From Candidatus Woesearchaeota archaeon (lineage in GTDB: Archaea > Nanobdellota > Nanobdellia > Pacearchaeales > GW2011-AR1), in the NCBI GenBank assembly GCA_964530945.1, contig CAZHCJ010000004.1, forward strand, positions 1-49,184: 49,184 nucleotides of DNA, given 5' to 3'. The notes below the pieces were generated by a model. That model made no database searches. It saw only the letters and a list, made by a program, of their open reading frames with translations, and was not told where the DNA came from. The translations under genes were made by a program, and so were the position numbers. This document shows positions 16,225 through 23,531 of the stretch, in pieces (position 1 is the first letter of the stretch; each line of letters begins with the position of its first letter).

Positions 16225-16804
16225 AAACAAACTTGTCTCTGCCTGATTTTTTAGCTTTGTAAAGTGCCTTGTCTGCACGTTCCATAAAGCGCTTTTTTGT
16301 ATCTTTTTCAATATACTGTGTTAAACCTCCGCTTACAGTCAGGTTATACTTGCTTAACTTTTTGTTTTTCTTTATCGCATTTTGCAAACGTTTTGCTGCT
16401 TTCTTAGCTTTTGTAATGCTTGTTTCGGGCATTAATATGAAAAATTCTTCTCCACCAAAACGTGAAACTATGTCCGAACGGCGCATCTGTTTTTTCAAAA
16501 GTTTTCCCAACTCGACAAGAATTTCGTCTCCTTTAAGATGGCCGTGGGTATCATTAAGCTTTTTGAAATGGTCTATGTCTATTGCAAGGAGAGAAAGTTT
16601 TTGTTTTCCTCTTTGTGCTTTTTCTATTTCCATCTCCAAAATATTGTCAAAAAATTTAGAGTTGTAAAGATTTGTTTTTTCGTCTTTTGATGCAGCTTCA
16701 TAAAGAATTGAAATGGATTCGTTCATCTCTTCTAAAAGTCTTTCAATTTTCTTTCTGAATCTTGGGTCTAAAGCGTGAAGCTTCTTCTTTGTTTCTTTAT
16801 CCAT
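16217..16804 (-). CDS. GGDEF-domain protein (diguanylate cyclase-like)
   Basis: D.KT.LYN, DIDHFKKLNDTHGHLKGD, RRSD I-site, RFGGEEF, ADKALYKAKKSGR. Confidence 0.95.
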   Translation of the reverse strand: MDKETKKKLHALDPRFRKKIERLLEEMNESISILYEAASKDEKTNLYNSKFFDNILEMEIEKAQRGKQKLSLLAIDIDHFKKLNDTHGHLKGDEILVELGKLLKKQMRRSDIVSRFGGEEFFILMPETSITKAKKAAKRLQNAIKKNKKLSKYNLTVSGGLTQYIEKDTKKRFMERADKALYKAKKSGRDKFVFN

Positions 16805-16921
16805 GTAATTATAAGTTGAAAAAGATTTATAAAAACTTCTTTCTTAAGAAAAGAAAGATAAAAGGAGGTGAATAAAATTTTAAGAAGTTTTAGGTCAAAC
16901 TAGAACTTTAAAAAAAGAAAA

Positions 16922-17440
16922 ATGGCTTTAGAATCAATTTACACTGAAATAATGAATGCTCTTCCAGAAGGATATAGTCAGGCTTTGGCAGGAGGGCTCA
17001 CAGGAGTTGTTGCAGGATTTTTGGGTGCGGTTGCAATCCTCTTGTTTTTAGCTATTTACATATATCATGCTTGGGCATGGATGGATATTGGTAAAAGAAT
17101 GAAATATAAATATCCTTGGCTAGCATGGATTCCTTTTGCAGGTAGCGCTATGAGACTTCAACTTGGAGGTTTCCATTGGGCTTGGATATTCTTAGTGTTA
17201 ATTCCTATTGTTGGATGGATGGCAATTATCATATTGCTGACAATCGCCATATGGAGAGTTTTTGATGGACAAAGATATCCTGGATGGTTGGCTTTAGCTT
17301 TCCCATTGATGTTCTTTCCTTTAGATGGCTTAGATATAGCAGGAATTGTTTATCTTGTGGCTATCGGTTTGGTTGCATGGAAAAGCAAAGGGAAAAAACG
17401 TTCAAATAAGAAATCTCGGAAAAAACGTAAGAAGAAGTAA
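16922..17440 (+). CDS. Integral membrane protein with Lys/Arg-rich tail
   Basis: Several TM helices, WLAWIP motif, basic C-terminus. Confidence 0.75.
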   Translation: MALESIYTEIMNALPEGYSQALAGGLTGVVAGFLGAVAILLFLAIYIYHAWAWMDIGKRMKYKYPWLAWIPFAGSAMRLQLGGFHWAWIFLVLIPIVGWMAIIILLTIAIWRVFDGQRYPGWLALAFPLMFFPLDGLDIAGIVYLVAIGLVAWKSKGKKRSNKKSRKKRKKK

Positions 17441-17460
17441 TTCTTCTTTTTTTATTTCGT

Positions 17461-18507
17461 CTAAGGGGTTTTTAATTTTCTTTTTAACCCATTTATTTCT
17501 TTAGTAAAATCTCTTCTTAAATTATATGTATCTGCCCACATAGAGTAAGCGTTCCAACCCTGGAAAATTTCACTTATTTTCTTTTTAGAAATCTGTTTTC
17601 TTGAAAAACATTTTATCTTGTTTTCCATGCTTTTGATATTTCTTTTTCTTGGTAATTTAAAATAATAAAAATTTCTGAATCCAACGAAATCCGTGCCTTT
17701 AGACAAAAAATTTATCTTTGATTTATCAGAATGTAATTCAAGTTTTAATCTTTCTTTCAAAAATTCATTAATTCTTCTTTTCCACTCTTTTAATTGAAAT
17801 TTTGATTTGTGTAAAACAATAAAATCATCAACATATCTTACATAATGCTTGGCTTTTAGGTTATGTTTGAGAAACAAATCTAATTCATGAAGATAAACGT
17901 TGGCAAAAAACTGGCTAGTAAGATTGCCCAAAGGTAATCCTTTATTCTCTGAACTATTAACTTGTGTGTCCGTCTCTCTGATGACACGTTTAATCAACCA
18001 AATAACTTTTTCATCTTTAATTTTTCTTCCAATCAAATTAATTAAAATGTTGTGATTTATTTCATGAAAATAATGTTTTATGTCTGCCTTTAAACAATAT
18101 CCATAAGAAGAAAAATTATCTGTTACTTTTCTTCTAAATTTTTCAAATCTTTTTGTAGCAAATAAATTTCCTTTATTTTTTCTATTGGCACAAGAGTTAT
18201 AAATAAACGTTTTATCGAAAATAGATTCAATAACATTACAGATTGCGTGATGCACTATTCTATCACGAAAATCAGATTTAGATATTTTGCGAGTTTTTGG
18301 ATCACGTAAAATAAATGTTTCGAGAGGCTTTGGCTTATATGTTTGAGTTTTTAATTCGTTTTGAAGTTTCTCTAGATTCAATTCTAAATTCTTCTCAAAT
18401 CTTTTAACGTAACTTTTCTTTGTTTTGCCTTTTCTTGCATTCAAAAAAGAAAGGAACAAATTTTCCGTAGAATAAATTTCAGAATAAAGATTCTTGTGAG
18501 TTTTCAT
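17461..18507 (-). CDS. DGR reverse transcriptase
   Basis: DPKTR.I, FRDRIVHHA, KADIKHYF, GLPLGNLTSQFFANVYL, YVRYVDDF, DFVGF. Confidence 0.97.
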   Translation of the reverse strand: MKTHKNLYSEIYSTENLFLSFLNARKGKTKKSYVKRFEKNLELNLEKLQNELKTQTYKPKPLETFILRDPKTRKISKSDFRDRIVHHAICNVIESIFDKTFIYNSCANRKNKGNLFATKRFEKFRRKVTDNFSSYGYCLKADIKHYFHEINHNILINLIGRKIKDEKVIWLIKRVIRETDTQVNSSENKGLPLGNLTSQFFANVYLHELDLFLKHNLKAKHYVRYVDDFIVLHKSKFQLKEWKRRINEFLKERLKLELHSDKSKINFLSKGTDFVGFRNFYYFKLPRKRNIKSMENKIKCFSRKQISKKKISEIFQGWNAYSMWADTYNLRRDFTKEINGLKRKLKTP

Positions 18508-18514
18508 TTTTATG

Positions 18515-18772
18515 TGTCTTAGTAGCTAAAGCCATTCCGAAAGCATGAGTGTTCGCATCGTCGCCATGTTCGTTGGAATTAACGTTAAGCCTATTACCCT
18601 TCCAATTGGAGTCAAGCGAAGCACTTGTGTAGCCAACTTACCAATTACCACCATAACTTCAACTTTCACAAATAATAGATATAAACCGCTACTAATTGTC
18701 GTTATTGAATTTTACTAAATAAATTAGCGTGTGGCCTTAGCCTGAAAGTTTTTAAAAACTTCAACTAAGACA
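18515..18772 (-). ncRNA. Predicted structured DGR template RNA enclosing TR
   Basis: 18764-18772 pairs with 18515-18523, and 18732-18742 with 18524-18534; hairpin at 18743-18763; TATA-like box at ~18792-18799. Confidence 0.6.
18537..18622 (-). repeat. DGR template repeat (TR)
   Basis: 86-bp ungapped match to 18845-18930; all 14 mismatches at TR adenines (minus strand); AAT/AAC-rich. Confidence 0.97.
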
Positions 18773-18801
18773 AATGTATGAATAAAGAATATTTTAAAAA
18801 A

Positions 18802-19530
18802 TTACTCATTTTTAGCGCGCGTGCCTTCGGCACTATCTAACACCCCGAAAGCATGAGCGTCCGCATCGACGCCAAGTTCGTAGGAACCAACGAGAAGCCC
18901 ATCACCCTCCCAATCGGAGACAAGCGAAGCTATTTTTGTAGTAGGTTCTTTTAATTCTGAAACATTTGGAACCCATATATAAGCTTCTCTTTTTGAATGT
19001 TTTGAAGCTAATTCAGCAATTTTTTCTGCGCCTTCTTCTCCTGCCCAAGCAACAAAATAAGGATTTTTTGCAACTTCTCTCCAAGGAACAGAACCTTGTC
19101 TCAAATGTTCAAAGCTAACACTTTCTCTAGCTTCTTCAATTCTTGATTGTAAATCACGTGTAATAACATAACTATTTTCATTAAACTCTAAATCTCCGTC
19201 AATGAAATGGGCTAAACCTTCTCCATTATCTTCAGGAACGTAAAGAATCTCCGTAAATCCTCTGAGATATCTACTCTTCATTATCTCTTGTACTTCTTGG
19301 GCTTGAGGTTCATTTCCATTAAAATATTCATGAACAAAAGAAGCGACTTCTGGAGCTGTGGGTTCTCTAAATCCATCTTGTCTGATATTCTCTAAAAGTG
19401 TTTTAGAATTTGCATGGCCATAAAAAGGGTGAACTGCTGTTAAAATCTTTCCTTCGTGAGAAAAGTCCATTTCCGTTCTTCCGACCCTTACTCTTTCTCT
19501 TGTTTCAGTTTGATTTGTCATGTTTTTCAT
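18802..19530 (-). CDS. DGR target (variable) protein
   Basis: C-terminal VR (ASLVSDWEGDGLLVGSYELGVDADAHAFG); R.PT..E motif consistent with a CLec-like fold (inference). Confidence 0.92.
   Translation of the reverse strand: MKNMTNQTETRERVRVGRTEMDFSHEGKILTAVHPFYGHANSKTLLENIRQDGFREPTAPEVASFVHEYFNGNEPQAQEVQEIMKSRYLRGFTEILYVPEDNGEGLAHFIDGDLEFNENSYVITRDLQSRIEEARESVSFEHLRQGSVPWREVAKNPYFVAWAGEEGAEKIAELASKHSKREAYIWVPNVSELKEPTTKIASLVSDWEGDGLLVGSYELGVDADAHAFGVLDSAEGTRAKNE
18821..18833 (-). promoter_or_regulatory. DGR homing hairpin
   Basis: GTGCC-GAA-GGCAC about 12 nt 3' of VR. Confidence 0.85.
18845..18930 (-). repeat. DGR variable repeat (VR)
   Basis: Matches TR; 3' ends diverge as IMH TCGGGGTG vs IMH* TCGGAATG. 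Confidence 0.97.
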
Positions 19531-19600
19531 AAAAATTTATACTTTATAAACTTTTCTATTTTAAGTAATTATTTAGTGGTAACACACTTAGATAGCTTTT

Positions 19601-20395
19601 TTATTTTTTTATTTCGCTTGTTTTTTTATAATTAACATGCATCTCATTTAAGATTTTTAAAACACGTTCTCTGTGTTCCGCGTTACCTAATCCTTTCCAG
19701 TCTAGTAAGACAAAATCAACTTCCTCATCTGTTTGCCCTATGGCTTGTTCAACCATATATTTTTCTAAGGGAAAGGCATAGCTTGAAATGACATGCCCAA
19801 TTGCGTAGTTTGTTTTAAGTTGAATTTTGTTAAAACTTGGACAATAATGAGGGCCTCCAATTGCAATGCAATTTTCATTATACTCGTTAGATTTGAAGTT
19901 TTCAATAGTTTTCCAAAGCGCGCGGGCTAAAACAAAGCCTGCTTTGCGGTCTTTCCACTCTGTTTCTGTTGAACCAATTTCAACAAATGCACAAGGCTTA
20001 TCCAAAAAAGGCCCGTGATGGGTCGCCTCCAAGGTTACTTTGTAATCATCAAGATTATATTTCTTTGCATCTTCATTTAGCTTTTCAAAGAACTGCTTCA
20101 TGAATTGGGAAGAGGTTTTACTTGCAACACGCTTTTCTCCTCCGTATTCTGCAAGACGCCAATTTCCTGGGGCGTGGACAGAAAGCGTTTTTTCCTTAGA
20201 TTTTGATTCGTGCTTTGAAGCAAAAACAATGAAATCATATTGGGAAATTTTTTCCATGTTTAAATTTTCATGATGAAGTATGTCACGCTCAACCAAATAA
20301 AAATTAAAATCTCCGAACTGACTTAATTGGGTAGTTATGTTTATTCCTGCTTTGTCTTGCTTGCTTGCAACGATTAGGAATTTTTTGTATGCCAT
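19601..20395 (-). CDS. dtdA: Archaeal D-aminoacyl-tRNA deacylase
   Basis: FASKH, LSVHAPGN, LEATHHGP, FVEIGS, IGGPHY. Confidence 0.93.
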   Translation of the reverse strand: MAYKKFLIVASKQDKAGINITTQLSQFGDFNFYLVERDILHHENLNMEKISQYDFIVFASKHESKSKEKTLSVHAPGNWRLAEYGGEKRVASKTSSQFMKQFFEKLNEDAKKYNLDDYKVTLEATHHGPFLDKPCAFVEIGSTETEWKDRKAGFVLARALWKTIENFKSNEYNENCIAIGGPHYCPSFNKIQLKTNYAIGHVISSYAFPLEKYMVEQAIGQTDEEVDFVLLDWKGLGNAEHRERVLKILNEMHVNYKKTSEIKK

Positions 20396-20476
20396 GTAAA
20401 AAGAAATTAGGAAGAGTATAAAAATATTGTTTTAGAATACAATAATCTTTATAATCTAATTATCAAAAGATTTTAT

Positions 20477-20818
20477 ATGAGGAAAGCACCTTATTTGATT
20501 GCTCTTGCTGCAACCTTTTTTACTGGATGTGATGATGATCGTCTACATGGAAAGATAGTCCAAGATGATTCTTGGAGGAATTCCTCCGGATCGTATTATG
20601 GCATTGTTTTAGAAAGTGAAGGAGATTCTACTTTTTCTTATAGGCCTTTTGTTTTTGTAGGAGCCGATGAAGAAATAAATAATCTTGATAGAAGATATAA
20701 TCCTGGAGACAGCGTGGCTCTTGATGCCCAGGAGTCCACTGCATTTACTCTTCTTCCTGACGGATTGCTCGTACAAGTTCTTTGGTCAGATTTAATTGAA
20801 AACGTTGAAAGAGATTGA
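20477..20818 (+). CDS. Putative lipoprotein
   Basis: Signal peptide with lipobox-like FTGC. Confidence 0.6.
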   Translation: MRKAPYLIALAATFFTGCDDDRLHGKIVQDDSWRNSSGSYYGIVLESEGDSTFSYRPFVFVGADEEINNLDRRYNPGDSVALDAQESTAFTLLPDGLLVQVLWSDLIENVERD

Positions 20819-20846
20819 CTAGAAAAGCAGTGGTTGTTGATTCTGT

Positions 20847-21326
20847 TTAAATTTTATCACAGATAATCGAAACTCGCGTTCCAGGAGTTATCTTATCTTT
20901 AAAAAAGGATAAAGGCTTGTTTTCCATTCGAATACACCCTTCTGTTGGCTTAAGCTCTTTTTCTTTTTTAGGAGTGCCGTGAATTCCTATTCCTCTTAAC
21001 TTTCCCTTATAATATGAATCTATACAAATGAATGCCGGCCCCAAACTTCTCTTGGGTTTCATTGTTATTGTAAAAACTTCTTCTTGGTTCTCTTTTGGAA
21101 GCCTTACAAACAATACTTTGAACTTTCCGAGAGGTGTCTTTTTATCTCCTTCTACACCTTCTCCTTCTTCAGAAAAGCCCTTCTTGCCTATTTCACAATC
21201 GAAAGAGTAATTTCTAGAATTTGTTTTAAAATTGATTTTTCTTTTGCTGGATAAAATCTCTATTTCTTTAACTTTTGTTATTTTTTTAGGTTCTCCTTTT
21301 TTGTGGTGAGTTGATTCTTGTTTCAT
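20847..21326 (-). CDS. L,D-transpeptidase (YkuD-like) domain protein
   Basis: EGD.KTPLG.F, IGIHGT and TEGCIRM with catalytic His/Cys. Confidence 0.82.
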   Translation of the reverse strand: MKQESTHHKKGEPKKITKVKEIEILSSKRKINFKTNSRNYSFDCEIGKKGFSEEGEGVEGDKKTPLGKFKVLFVRLPKENQEEVFTITMKPKRSLGPAFICIDSYYKGKLRGIGIHGTPKKEKELKPTEGCIRMENKPLSFFKDKITPGTRVSIICDKI

Positions 21327-21351
21327 GACGGGAATAAATCTTGCCCGAGTT

Positions 21352-21582
21352 TTAAATCTTATCTAAATCCAAACCTGATTCCATTGCTTCTTTTTTTGCA
21401 TTTTCCATATATCTTATTATTTCTTGTTCACTTGCCCTATAAAACAAACGGGTTATGTCTCTTATGTCTAAAACTTTAGGAGAGTAATTTACTCTTTCTC
21501 TGTCTAATCTTCTCATTGCCCAATAAATATCGGTTATCATCTTAACTTCTCTGCACCTCTCAATTGAACCTGCTTCACTCAT
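21352..21582 (-). CDS. Hypothetical protein
   Basis: ORF; ATG start chosen at 21582. Confidence 0.5.
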   Translation of the reverse strand: MSEAGSIERCREVKMITDIYWAMRRLDRERVNYSPKVLDIRDITRLFYRASEQEIIRYMENAKKEAMESGLDLDKI

Positions 21583-21686
21583 ATCTCTTAAAATGCAAAG
21601 ATAATTTTTAACTTGTATGAAAATCAAATCTAGAATTAAGATGAATTTGTCAAATACTTTATTAACCCTAAAAGCTTTTATTTTTT

Positions 21687-21917
21687 ATGCAATATCTTAA
21701 CTTCATTATAGGGATTATCGTCCTTATTTTAGGTGTGCCTATAGGAAATTTTCTTGCTCAGAAAGCAAAAGAAGAAGTCAGACAGGGACAGCGTTGGATT
21801 AGGGCTTTAGCATTTGTTGGATTGGTTGGAGCATTAGCCAGTTTGATTAAAGGGGATGATGTCTGGCTGTTCAGTTTCGCCTTTATCTCGGTGGTTAGCA
21901 GCAGAAGCATACTCTAA
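21687..21917 (+). CDS. Small membrane protein
   Basis: 76 aa with 2-3 hydrophobic helices. Confidence 0.65.
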   Translation: MQYLNFIIGIIVLILGVPIGNFLAQKAKEEVRQGQRWIRALAFVGLVGALASLIKGDDVWLFSFAFISVVSSRSIL

Positions 21918-22304
21918 AATATTAACCAATCCAGAAATTTTTCTTTCTTCCCTATTAATTCTTAGTCGCACAATAACTTTTTCATTCTCCTTAAAAAATT
22001 CGTATCTCCCTTTTGAACGATTGTTTTTATAATCATAACCTTCGATTGCAAAAAGCTGAATGGTGTAAAGAAAAGATCTATAAGGATCTGAATCTGTTCT
22101 TTCCAAAACAAACCCGTATTTTTTTATTTCTCTTTCAAACCTTTCTCCCCAGAGTAATCTTCCAAAAGCCCTCTCTAAAAAACATTTTCTCTTGTGGCCC
22201 AAATCATCCTGAAGATCTCCTTTTTCTTCTGTAAGATTTACAAGTGTTCCACCGTATTTACTCCTCAAGGATTCTCCTAATTTACTTGGATCCATAAAAA
22301 GCAT
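21834..22304 (-). CDS. Hypothetical protein
   Basis: 156-aa ORF; 3' end overlaps the convergent gene. Confidence 0.5.
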   Translation of the reverse strand: MLFMDPSKLGESLRSKYGGTLVNLTEEKGDLQDDLGHKRKCFLERAFGRLLWGERFEREIKKYGFVLERTDSDPYRSFLYTIQLFAIEGYDYKNNRSKGRYEFFKENEKVIVRLRINREERKISGLVNILEYASAANHRDKGETEQPDIIPFNQTG

Positions 22305-22378
22305 TCAAAATCAGAGTTTATAAAATTTAACAAAAATAAAATGAATGGCGTTAGCCAAGATTGGTTAGTGAGTTAGAA

Positions 22379-22435
22379 CTACTTCTTTTTTTTAGTAGCG
22401 GTTTTTTTAGCAGCTTTTTTCTTTTTTGCAGCCAT
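22379..22435 (-). CDS. 18-aa Lys/Ala-rich micro-protein MAAKKKKAAKKTATKKKK
   Basis: GAGGA RBS 7 nt upstream, TTTAAATA box further upstream, T-rich tract downstream. Confidence 0.65.
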   Translation of the reverse strand: MAAKKKKAAKKTATKKKK

Positions 22436-22653
22436 TGCAGATTCCTCTTTTTAATTTTCAAAACAAGATACTTTTAGTATTTAAACAAGAACGATTACTA
22501 AAAAAGGACAGCAATAATCTTTTCAAAAAAGATAAAAAATAAGATTCTTTAGTCCGAAAAATCAAAGAAGGCAAAAAAAGATTCTTTAATGATTAGACAA
22601 AACAAATCTCATCTAAGGAATAGGTTAATAAACCCTTAAAAATACATTTTTTT

Positions 22654-23385
22654 ATGTTGTATATAATAGGTTTAGGATTAAATTTCGACGGAATTTCAAG
22701 TTACGGATTGCGTATTGCTAAGCGTTGCAAAAAACTATATTTGGAAAACTACACTGTGGATTTCCCCTACCATATAAAACAGCTTGAAGAAGTCCTTGGA
22801 AAAAATGTAAAACTCGCCGATAGGAAATTCGTTGAAAGTCTTGAACTTGTTGATTTAGCAGCAAAGCAGGATGTGGCCTTACTTGTTTATGGAAATCCTT
22901 TAGTTGCAACAACACATTACACTTTGATTGATGAGGCAAAAAAATCAAACGTTAAAACAAAAGTTATTCATGCTGCTTCTGTGCTAGACGCCATAACAGA
23001 AACTGGGTTGCAACTTTATAAATTTGGGAAAGTTGCCAGCATGCCAAAATGGAATTCCGAAAAAAACTTTGTCCCTAGTAGTTTCATGGATATTGTCAAA
23101 GGGAATCAAAAAATTGACGCCCACAGCTTAATTCTTTGCGATATAGGTTTAAAGTTTAAAGAAGCAATAACTCAACTAAAAGAAGCTGCAGAAAAACACA
23201 AAGTCAGAGTAAATAAGATACTTGTTTGCCAAGCATTAGGAACTAAGAGAGGAAGAATTCTTTATCGCGACATCGATGAAGTTTCTATGTATAATATTGT
23301 AAATCCGTATTGTATAATAATTCCCGGAAAACTTCATTTTACAGAGAAAGAATTTTTAGAGCAATTCAAGATAAAGAAAAGTTAA
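22654..23385 (+). CDS. dph5: Diphthine synthase
   Basis: MLYIIGLGL, YLENYT, GNPLVATTH, TGLQLYKFGK, HSLILCDI, IIPGKLHFTE. Confidence 0.95.
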   Translation: MLYIIGLGLNFDGISSYGLRIAKRCKKLYLENYTVDFPYHIKQLEEVLGKNVKLADRKFVESLELVDLAAKQDVALLVYGNPLVATTHYTLIDEAKKSNVKTKVIHAASVLDAITETGLQLYKFGKVASMPKWNSEKNFVPSSFMDIVKGNQKIDAHSLILCDIGLKFKEAITQLKEAAEKHKVRVNKILVCQALGTKRGRILYRDIDEVSMYNIVNPYCIIIPGKLHFTEKEFLEQFKIKKS

Positions 23386-23531
23386 ATTTAAATAACACTC
23401 TTTCTACATCAATTTATGGCTGTGAAAAAAGTATTTAGATGCAAAAGAATTATTTCTATAGCCATTATTGTCTAAATTGTCTTCTTAATGGAGACAGAGA
23501 ATTTTAAAAATGTTAAAAACTATTTATTAAA

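Larger units (their letters stand above)
17461..19530 (-). mobile_element. Diversity-generating retroelement cassette (target - structured spacer - TR - RT)
   Basis: RT plus TR/VR pair with adenine-only mismatches and a downstream GAA hairpin. Confidence 0.95.

Noticed and set aside
17461-18507. Group II intron or retron RT
   Set aside because: The GNLTSQ motif, short length and adjacent TR/VR pair identify a DGR RT.
18490-18520. KTHKN encoded twice in different frames around the RT start
   Set aside because: Only five codons in A-rich sequence, and the upstream copy is partly fixed by the predicted RNA stem; probably coincidence.
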